A DNA stretch of 64,000 nt from an uncultured Actinomycetota bacterium (GTDB taxonomy: Bacteria > Actinomycetota > Actinomycetes > Propionibacteriales > Propionibacteriaceae). Made by a program: the position numbers and the translations under genes. Below the pieces are notes generated by a model, which saw nothing but the letters and a program-made list of their open reading frames with translations, was not told the DNA's origin and searched no databases. The stretch covers positions 11,854 through 75,853 of the forward strand of contig CAWCVF010000017.1 of the NCBI GenBank assembly GCA_963798835.1, in the 5' to 3' direction. Numbering within the stretch: the stretch's first letter is position 1; the number at the start of each line of letters is the position of its first letter. Shown one piece after another: positions 43,991 through 51,081 of this stretch.

Positions 43991-44125
43991 TTAATCACCG
44001 CCGGTGAGCGTGTTGAAGATCAACCAAAAGCCGTACCAGACAATCTGGGCGGTCGCATTGAGAGCCCACGCCCAGAGGATCAGGCCCACGGTCACGCCGG
44101 TAATACCGACGATCTTGGTTCTCAC
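43991..44125 (-). CDS. 44-aa hydrophobic micro-ORF
   Basis: Peptide VRTKIVGITGVTVGLILWAWALNATAQIVWYGFWLIFNTLTGGD, two predicted helices. No clear SD. Confidence 0.35.
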   Translation of the reverse strand: MRTKIVGITGVTVGLILWAWALNATAQIVWYGFWLIFNTLTGGD

Positions 44126-44154
44126 GGACCGGATGGTAACGGAATGTAGGCCAA

Positions 44155-44316
44155 TTGGTAGGCCACGCGGTTTGGGACCGCGAGAGTGGTTTCCTGCTCG
44201 AGGATCTGTCGCGGCAGATTGCCGGGAAGGCGCCGAATGATCTTGTGTTTATCGGTGCCCGCGGTGCCGTGATGCGTACCGGGACGTTCCGGCCGGGTGC
44301 GCTGATTCCCGCCGCG
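44155..44316 (+). pseudogene. internal fragment of a tyrosine recombinase/integrase
   Basis: FLLEDLSRQIAGKAPNDLVFIGARGAVMRTGTFRPGALIPAA matches the conserved ...H.AG..PDDLVF.GPRGG.LR.SNFRRR.W.PA... segment. Similarity ends exactly at the kinase stop codon (44317). Confidence 0.6.
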
Positions 44317-46077
44317 TCATCGGCCAGCGGAGACGGCCAGGACCACAGTTCTGGCTTCGGCCGTTTTGCCCGGCGCTGGGTAGGCGGCGACGACAGTGTC
44401 TTTCGCCCGAGGTGAGGTTACTGGCACCTTCTTTATCGCCACGCCGCTCAGGAGCCGTTGCGCGTCCCTAATTTGGCTGCCGAGGATGCCATCCGGCACG
44501 ACATAGTCACTCGGCTCTTTGGGCGCATCACCGTTGCTGGCGACCACTACGACGGTCTGGCCCGCGGTCAGTGGCAGTCCGGGTCTTGGGAGTGTCGCAA
44601 CCACCGAATCCTTCGGTTCGGCGGATGCGATGTCGACCTTCTTCACCTCGTAGCCACGGCCCTTCATAAGCTCCTGCAGCGCTTGGACGTCGCCACCTAT
44701 GGCATTGGCCGGTATGACAGGCCCGCGCGCTGTGCGCCGAGGAGAGGGGGTCTGTGAGGGGGTCGGCGAGTGGGTCCGTCTAGGGGAGAGGGTCTCAGAG
44801 ATGGTCTGCCGGAGGGAGGTCGGTGAGCTGGTCGGCGCGGGTGGAGGCTGGACCGTCACCGTAACCTGTGGCTGTCGCGGCTGTGCGATGGCCGGCCCTG
44901 TTTCAGCCTGATCAGGCGATGGTCCGCCGCCGAGCGCCAGCCAGCCCACAACCAACGTGCCGACCAGCAACAACCCCGCCGCGGCGATAAGCAGGGCGCG
45001 CGGAGCGGCCGCCGGCCGGCGTAGAAAACCGGGCGCCTCAGCCACAGCTGGCGCCGCGGCGGGCAAATCGGATCTGGTGGTCAGATCGGGTCCGGTGGGC
45101 ACCTCGGGTCCGGTGGGCAAATCGAGCACGGCGGGCAAATCGAGCACGGCGGGTAGATCAGGCGCAGCGGGCAAATCGAGCACGGCGGGTAGATCAGGCA
45201 CAGCGGGTAGATCGGGCGCCTCGGCCGCAGCTGGCAAATCGGTCGCCGACGCGGCTGTTGCCGCGTGTGGCGCGGCAAGGGCTTTGCGTAACGCGGCCCC
45301 CATCTGCGCGGCGTCGGCGTAGCGGTTTTGCGGGTCCTTCGCGGTCGCTGTGGCCACCACCTCGGCGAGGGGAGGCGGCACATCCGGAGCGAGCTCGTGC
45401 ACAGACGGGACTTCCTCCCTGACATGGCTAAGTGCCACTGCCACCGGGGAGTCCCCGGTAAAGGGGACGTTCCCGGTAAGCATTTGAAACAGCAGCACTC
45501 CTGCCGAGTACAGGTCCGAGGCCGGTGTCACCGCTTGACCGCAGGCTTGCTCCGGCGAAAGATAGCGCGCTGTTCCCAGGCCGAGCCCGGCGCCGGTCAA
45601 GCTGGCCTGTCCCTGCACCTGCGCGATCCCGAAGTCAGTGACCTTGACCCGGCCATCGGCGCGCATCAAGACATTGCCCGGCTTGATGTCGCGGTGCACG
45701 ATTCCAGCCGTATGGGCTGCGGCCAACGCCGAGCACACCTGGGCCGTCACACTGACGGCAACATCCGGGGGGAGCTGGCCGTCTTCGCGCAGCATATGGC
45801 CGAGATCTTCACCCTCGAGGAATTCCATCACGATGTAGTGCTGACCACCGTCCTGCCCGGCGTCGAAGACCTGCGCAATGTTGGGGTGGTCAAGCGATGC
45901 AGCCGCTCGAGCCTCCCGGCCGAACCGCTCCACAAACAGCGGGTCCTCGGCGTATTCCTCCTTGAGGAACTTGATTGCGACGCGACGTCCTAACCGCTCA
46001 TCGACGCCCTCATACACGGTGCCCATGCCACCGGACGCGATACGCCGCACCTGCCGGTAGCGGTCCGCAAGCATCAC
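44317..46077 (-). CDS. Ser/Thr protein kinase with TM helix and two extracellular PASTA domains
   Basis: GGAGG-N5-GTG start. Hanks motifs GGMGTVY, AIK, HRDIKPGN, DFG, SPEQ. Then a hexapeptide-repeat linker, the TM helix ALLIAAAGLLLVGTLVVGWLAL, a Pro/Ser/Thr linker and two PASTA-like modules (...GQTVVVVASNG; ...ARTVVLAVSAG). Confidence 0.9.
   Translation of the reverse strand: MMLADRYRQVRRIASGGMGTVYEGVDERLGRRVAIKFLKEEYAEDPLFVERFGREARAAASLDHPNIAQVFDAGQDGGQHYIVMEFLEGEDLGHMLREDGQLPPDVAVSVTAQVCSALAAAHTAGIVHRDIKPGNVLMRADGRVKVTDFGIAQVQGQASLTGAGLGLGTARYLSPEQACGQAVTPASDLYSAGVLLFQMLTGNVPFTGDSPVAVALSHVREEVPSVHELAPDVPPPLAEVVATATAKDPQNRYADAAQMGAALRKALAAPHAATAASATDLPAAAEAPDLPAVPDLPAVLDLPAAPDLPAVLDLPAVLDLPTGPEVPTGPDLTTRSDLPAAAPAVAEAPGFLRRPAAAPRALLIAAAGLLLVGTLVVGWLALGGGPSPDQAETGPAIAQPRQPQVTVTVQPPPAPTSSPTSLRQTISETLSPRRTHSPTPSQTPSPRRTARGPVIPANAIGGDVQALQELMKGRGYEVKKVDIASAEPKDSVVATLPRPGLPLTAGQTVVVVASNGDAPKEPSDYVVPDGILGSQIRDAQRLLSGVAIKKVPVTSPRAKDTVVAAYPAPGKTAEARTVVLAVSAGR
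45061..45240. repeat. 18-nt tandem repeat, about 10 units, inside the kinase juxtamembrane linker
   Basis: Units such as GGGCAAATCGAGCACGGC / GGGTAGATCAGGCGCAGC encode (D/E)(L/V)P(A/T)(V/A/G)(L/P) on the minus strand: DLPAVPDLPAVLDLPAAPDLPAVLDLPAVLDLPTGPEVPTGPDL. Confidence 0.9.
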
Positions 46078-46960
46078 CGGAGCCTCCCCCACAGCCTGGC
46101 GCACAGTCGAACAAGGATAAACATGGTGCGCCCGAGCGCCTGCGCTTCTTGGCAAATCCCAAATCAAGCGACCGGTGGCTTCGGGTCTGGTTCTCCGCCA
46201 CAGCCGACCAGGAGACTCACAAGCGCCAGAGACGCAACACGTCCACGTGATCGAGACCGTGGCCCAGAGCGACGAGGCGAGGATGTCTAGGCTTTGCATG
46301 CCCAGGAATTGCCCTTGAAATGAGGCCAAATTTCAGAGCTGTTCGGCCTCTGTGCGGCCTGGCACTGTTTGAACCCTTCGCCCAGCTGCGGTTACGCGGC
46401 GGGTTCCCGGACTTCTGGTGGTCTAAACCGGTGGCGGATACCGTAGGCAAATGAACTGGAATGGCGGACAGCTTCGGTCCTGACCGCTTCTCCCGCTCGG
46501 TGGCCAGCAGGCCATGATGTGGATGTACCGGACCTGTCTAGTTCAGCCGTCGAGCGCTGAAGTCTGCATCCGCCCGCGGCGCAAGCCCACCGCGACGCCG
46601 ACCTCGGGGTTGACATCTATCTTCGGCGGGACTTCACTGAAGGGGCTGCGCCCAGCAGCCGTCCCCGGACTACCTTCGCCGCCCTTGGCCGCGATTCTAG
46701 AGCTTCTGCACTCGCTGGGAAATTTTCAGTGGACCGGCTCGCCTTCGTGGCGGTTTAGCAGATCTTGACCGATGAAGCGCGACATACCGCTCGGGCATCG
46801 GCTTCGACACCATCTTCGGCAGTGTCGGGATGCGGTTATTACCGAGGTATTGCGGCGGAGGTCGGACCGGCAGTGGGCGACTCACGGACGTGACCGTAGA
46901 CACACCCAGACGCACCGGTTCCGTGGCATCGGCTTCCTCGCGGTTTGTCCTGAGGAGAGG

Positions 46961-47905
46961 ATCATCATCACACTCGCACCGGCCAGATCGCAGCAGAGCT
47001 ATCGGCACGAGGCGTTCCTGTGGCACGATGCCTACGACTTCACAGCCGGCATAGTGCCTTTCATCACCGACGGCCTGGAGGCTGGCGAGCCCGTCATGGT
47101 TGCCGTGAGTACGCAGCACACGAAGTGGTTGCGGGACGCTCTCGACGGGCAGGCGGACGTCGAGTTCGTCGATATAGAGCAGCTTGGCCGGAATCCAGCA
47201 CAGATCATTCCCGCTTGGCAGCAGTTCCTGAACAGCAGGTCGGGGGGGTTTCGTCCGGTACGGGGTGTTGGCGAGCCGATCTGGCCTGGACGGCGCCCCG
47301 AGGAGCTTGTTGAGTGCCAGCTGCACGAAGCCATGTTGAATATTGCCATCGACCCGGAGACCCCGTTCTGGTTGATCTGTTCATACGACACAGTGACGCT
47401 GAGCCCTGCTGTGGTCGAAGAGGCGCACCGGAGCCATCCGGTGATCGTCGAGGCCGCGTCCTATCAAGGCAGCGCCCACTACACCGGACGCGCGCACGTC
47501 GAGGAGATGTTCGCAGCCGAGCTTTCTGAGCTGGTCGGGCGCCCGATCGCAGCCGTGTTCACCGCCCACAACGTGAGCCGGCTTTACGCCTACATCAAAC
47601 TCGAGCTGTACATCGCCGGTCTCTCGGCTGGGGCGGCTGGCGATCTCGCCGCCACCGCCCAACAATTGGCGCTGAACAGTCTTCAGCGAGGGGCAGCAGA
47701 AGTCACAGTCCAAATGTGGAGCCAGCCCCACGCTCTGATCTGTGACGTGGTCGATGACACCGTGATCGACGACGTACTGCTGGGCCGGCGGGTGCCCGTT
47801 GAAGATGAACATGACGGTCTTTGGGACGCCAACCAGCTCTGCGATCTAGTGCAGATGCGCTCGTCATCGGTAGGGACCACCGTCCGGCTCCATGCCTGGA
47901 AATGA
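46961..47905 (+). CDS. MEDS-domain / RsbA-like anti-sigma-factor (HATPase-like) protein
   Basis: N-terminal MEDS pattern (YRHEAFLWHDAYDFTAGIVPFITDGLEAGEPVMVAV...WPGR...ECQLHEAMLN) and a C-terminal RsbW/SpoIIAB-like region (LICDVVDDTVIDD...GLWDANQLCDLV). No ATG/GTG/TTG lies near the GAGGAGAGG SD; the coordinates assume an ATC start. Confidence 0.65.
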   Translation: MIITLAPARSQQSYRHEAFLWHDAYDFTAGIVPFITDGLEAGEPVMVAVSTQHTKWLRDALDGQADVEFVDIEQLGRNPAQIIPAWQQFLNSRSGGFRPVRGVGEPIWPGRRPEELVECQLHEAMLNIAIDPETPFWLICSYDTVTLSPAVVEEAHRSHPVIVEAASYQGSAHYTGRAHVEEMFAAELSELVGRPIAAVFTAHNVSRLYAYIKLELYIAGLSAGAAGDLAATAQQLALNSLQRGAAEVTVQMWSQPHALICDVVDDTVIDDVLLGRRVPVEDEHDGLWDANQLCDLVQMRSSSVGTTVRLHAWK

Positions 47906-48079
47906 CCCTCGCGCAAGCAACCACTCGGTCGTGGCCGAGCTGGTATGCCGCTGGCTCAGGCCACAGAGTCCGCGTCCCGCCGGGTAAGTCTCGGCAAAAT
48001 TCCGAACGACTGCACACATGGCATGGCCACGAAGCCCTCCGGTGGCCGATAGGTCGTCGCAGGACGGGGAGACAGGCGC

Positions 48080-48244
48080 CTGTCGATGCGACCCCTCGTG
48101 GCCGAGAAAGGCGAACTGGGTGAAGATCACTCCGAGTGCACCAGCGATCAGCAACTACAGCCAGGAGTTGTCGAGGAGGATCAACCCGATCACCGCACCC
48201 GCAACGCGGTCAACACCAGCGAAGAGCAATACGACCACCGCACG
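48080..48244 (-). pseudogene. fatty-acid-desaturase N-terminal fragment with in-frame stop
   Basis: One minus-strand frame reads ...VVVLLFAGVDRVAGAVIGLILLDNSWL*LLIAGALGVIFTQFAFLGHEGSHRQ (first His box) and then loses similarity. Confidence 0.3.
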
Positions 48245-48560
48245 CGGCCCTGCACCGCTGCAGCTCCGGACGTTCTAGCATAAAACGCTTGCCCGAGCGC
48301 TGCCGGAGCCCAAAGCACGAGGAGCCTTTTGCGGCCCTCGTTGCAGAGCAGGTCTGGGGTGGGCGCCCGATGGCTCCGCTCCCCGTGGACATCCGCTCCG
48401 CTGTCCGACGGCCGGATCGGCTCTCTTGAGGTAACCCGCGCCAGCTCGCAGGCGCTAGGGAAGATCGACTTCAAAGACTCTTTCCGGGTTGAGCAGCGAC
48501 AGCACGATCCGTGGATCGCGCAGGCCCCGCTTCTTCGCAGCCGCCGCATTCCCTGCCGGG

Positions 48561-48926
48561 TCAGGTGCTGCGATAACGCGTCTTCCGACGCTTGCGAGGT
48601 TCGCGCCGCGATCTCTGCTCCTGGATCTGGCGGATCAGGTCTCTACGCACCTCCGCGAGGGCATGATCAATGTCGTGCTCGTGGGAGGTGGCTACGAGGT
48701 GCGCCCGTCCCGCTAGCCAGGCTTGCAGGGTGACCTTCTGGTCTGGGCCCTCGGTGTCTTTCAATGACACCTCGAGGTCGACCTGATCATGTTCCCATCC
48801 AGACAGGTGCGGCGCGAGTGCGGACAGGGCCTCAAGAATGCGCGGCCGGTCGGCCGCCGCGAAGCCGGCGCCGAGGCGCAGACGCTCATCCAGAGTCCCA
48901 GTTTGGTTGTTCTCGGTTCCGCTCAT
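48561..48926 (-). CDS. HPF/RaiA-family ribosome-associated (hibernation-factor-like) protein
   Basis: VDLEVSLKD...KVTLQAWLAGRAHLVATSHEHDIDHALAEVRRDLIRQIQEQRSRRE fits the beta-alpha-beta-beta-beta-alpha S30AE pattern with a basic tail. Confidence 0.5.
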   Translation of the reverse strand: MSGTENNQTGTLDERLRLGAGFAAADRPRILEALSALAPHLSGWEHDQVDLEVSLKDTEGPDQKVTLQAWLAGRAHLVATSHEHDIDHALAEVRRDLIRQIQEQRSRREPRKRRKTRYRST

Positions 48927-49364
48927 CGGTGCGCCTCTCTCGTGGGTTCAGCGTATGACGTCCGCGTCACGGCACGATCAACCTCGTCAGCGAGGCGTCG
49001 CTGATGTTTCTCAAGCTCACGCCTCGCCTGCCGCGCTCGCCGCATACGCTCCAGATCGTCCCGAATCAGGACGACCGAACGCTATGCATGTGAGCGTGTT
49101 TCGCGGTATCGCATATCTTGGACTGGGTAAGCGGCCCCGAGCCGGTGTTGACACCACCGACCCTGGGCCTTTGATCCCCCGAGGAGTCGAGACGATCTGG
49201 GTGGCTCGGGCGGCCAAGCGAGCACGACCACCTCGTGTCATCGCCGCCGAGGACCGACGTTGTAGACTCCAGCTGTCGGTGGCGGCTCCTAAGACACGGC
49301 AGGGGCGCAGAAGCTGACCCCACAGCTGCACCGGGAGCCGCTGCCGTCTCCGACTCGGGCGAGC

Positions 49365-49589
49365 TCTAGCAAGGAGTTGGAGATTTTCGCCCCGCAATCC
49401 GTGGGCGTCGAACAGCCCATTGATCATCTCGCGTTGCCACGGCCGCAGCTTCAGCCGTTTCCGGCCCGTTGCCGCCGGTGTGGTGATGCACCCCTCAATG
49501 GATGCGGCGACGCGAGCCCTGCCGGCCTTCGGCAGCCTCGACAGATCCAGGCGCAGCGGTGACCTTTCCTTCGGCCCGGCCATCACCAT
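49365..49589 (-). pseudogene. phage terminase large-subunit N-terminal fragment
   Basis: ...IEGCITTPAATGRKRLKLRPWQREMINGLFD resembles the G-x-PF-x-L-x-PWQ-x-x-I motif. The remainder of the ORF is compositionally non-coding. Confidence 0.4.
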
Positions 49590-49930
49590 GTGCTGCCCGG
49601 ATGCAATTCATCGTGATCACGGCCGGGGAACCAAGACATACAACGGCTCCTACGAGGTCGAGGACAGCGGGTGCTGAAATCCGCCCGAAGGACAGGAGCG
49701 AATTGATCTCTCTGTCCCCAACATTCTGGCGACAGATCAACGAGCCCCGCTCCTCCTACGACATGCTCGACTCCGCCAACGAGGCCGAGAGCTATGCGGC
49801 TCCGCGTGTGAGTCAGATATCGTGGCGCGTACTGTGGGGACTACTAGAGGACATCGCTGCTGACATCCGGTTGGTAGGTCCCTGGCGCTCACTATCTGGC
49901 CCTTGCAATCTGGCCTCTACGGACTTCGAC

Positions 49931-50122
49931 ATGCAAAGTGACTCGCCAACCGTCCGCGCAGATAACGTGGCGCCCGACCTCTGCCGCACTTGCGGACATC
50001 CGCTCTCAGCGCACGATGCCATCAGCCTGCGATGGTGCGCTGCCAGCGAGCTCGGCGCTCAGAACCGACCCTGCATCTGTTCCGGTGTCGTTCACGCCGC
50101 CCGGGTGCTCACCCACTACTGA
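49931..50122 (+). CDS. RGCVC-like small cysteine-rich protein
   Basis: CRTCGHPLSAHDAISLRWCAASELGAQNRPCICSG fits the CxxC-x-H-x4-HD...R-x-C-x-A...C-x-C pattern of the actinobacterial RGCVC family (from memory). An upstream in-frame ATG at 49763 is an alternative start. Confidence 0.45.
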   Translation: MQSDSPTVRADNVAPDLCRTCGHPLSAHDAISLRWCAASELGAQNRPCICSGVVHAARVLTHY

Positions 50123-50505
50123 TCTCGCCCGGTTCGGCGATGCGGTCCAGCGGCTTTCGAGGGCGGCGAGCCGATCCGACACAGGCAGCGCTGTCCTCGT
50201 GCCCACACAGATCGCGGGGACCTTTCCCGAGCACTGGGACGCTTCGCCCAGCTGATCAGCCACCGCGTCCCCCTTCTCCAAAGCGAGCGGGCCTTCGACC
50301 TGGTGCTGCGACCCGGAGCCGCCGAGGAAGTCATCGTGACGCTCGATGAGTAATCGGAGCCAGGCCTCGACGTGATCGCCGCGCGTTGCTGTCCCTAATT
50401 CTGCTCAGACCGTAGACGGTTCCCAACTGACGCAACCAGGCGGGTCGCCCCCTCCTGCTGTACGTCCGTGTCCGCAGGAGAGTCCGCTTGCGGCACAGGT
50501 AGCCG

Positions 50506-50846
50506 ATGAGCGTTCGCGGGAGTCTGGGGCATGTTTTAGGCAAGCTGACCCACCTGCAGATCGCAAGCCTCGCCATTGCCAGCGGTGCGGACGTCAAAGT
50601 CGTGCAGCAGATGCTCGGCCATTCGAGCGCTGCGATGACGATGGGCGTCTACGGACACCTGTTCGGCGACCGCCTCGACGAGGTCGCCGAGACGCTCGAC
50701 AACGCCCGCTCCGAGGCCGCCAGATCCGCCGCTGGTGCTGCCAATGCTCAGAATCCTGTTGCCAAAGTGTTGCCAAACGCCGATGTGGTCGACTTGGCCG
50801 CCTACAGGGCGAAAGGTAAAACCGCAGGCCAGGCGCCAAATTCGGA
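50506..50846 (+). pseudogene. C-terminal fragment of a tyrosine recombinase/integrase, reading into tRNA-Arg
   Basis: ...LTHLQIASLAIASGADVKVVQQMLGHSSAAMTMGVYGHLFGDRLDEVAETLD carries the HxxR-region remnant, the LGH motif and the catalytic Tyr (YGHLF). No N-terminal two-thirds lies upstream in any frame. Confidence 0.75.
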
Positions 50847-50921
50847 TGGCGCCCCCGGCGAGATTCGAACTCGCGCTCCCGCCTCCGGAGGGCGGTGCTC
50901 TATCCCCTGAGCTACGGGGGC
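50847..50921 (-). tRNA. tRNA-Arg (anticodon CCG), CCA encoded
   Basis: Reverse complement: GCCCCCGTAGCTCAGGGGATAGAGCACCGCCCTCCGGAGGCGGGAGCGCGAGTTCGAATCTCGCCGGGGGCGCCA. It forms a full cloverleaf with anticodon loop CTCCGGA. Confidence 0.9.
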
Positions 50922-51081
50922 CGCGGAAGTCAACCGGGCCGCTGCCTGATTAAGGGCCGAGAGGCAATGTACCAGCGCAGCCGCGGACGCCTATCCGTCT
51001 CTTACCTCTAGGACATCACGCTCTTGTCCGCGAGCTGATCAGAAACCCTGCCCAACGCCACGTCTGGCACAGTTTCGCGAT

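Larger units (their letters stand above)
40562..50921. mobile_element. decayed mosaic genomic island / integrative-element remnant at tRNA-Arg(CCG)
   Basis: It is inserted between the core genes kgd/GT87 and lysA. The right end is a tRNA-Arg whose 3' end abuts an integrase C-terminal fragment. Contents are TA genes, Lsr2, phage and integrase fragments and several pseudogenes. The left border is not defined by a visible direct repeat. Confidence 0.6.

Noticed and set aside
45061-45240. Possible CRISPR-like array, suggested by regular 18-nt periodicity.
   Set aside because: There are no unique spacers between repeats, the period is far too short, it is in frame within a kinase gene, and no cas genes lie nearby.
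50922-51081. Lysine riboswitch upstream of lysA.
   Set aside because: The spacer is only 160 nt, and I could not recognise the conserved L-box helices or the AGAGGCGC / GGAGTA-type core motifs.
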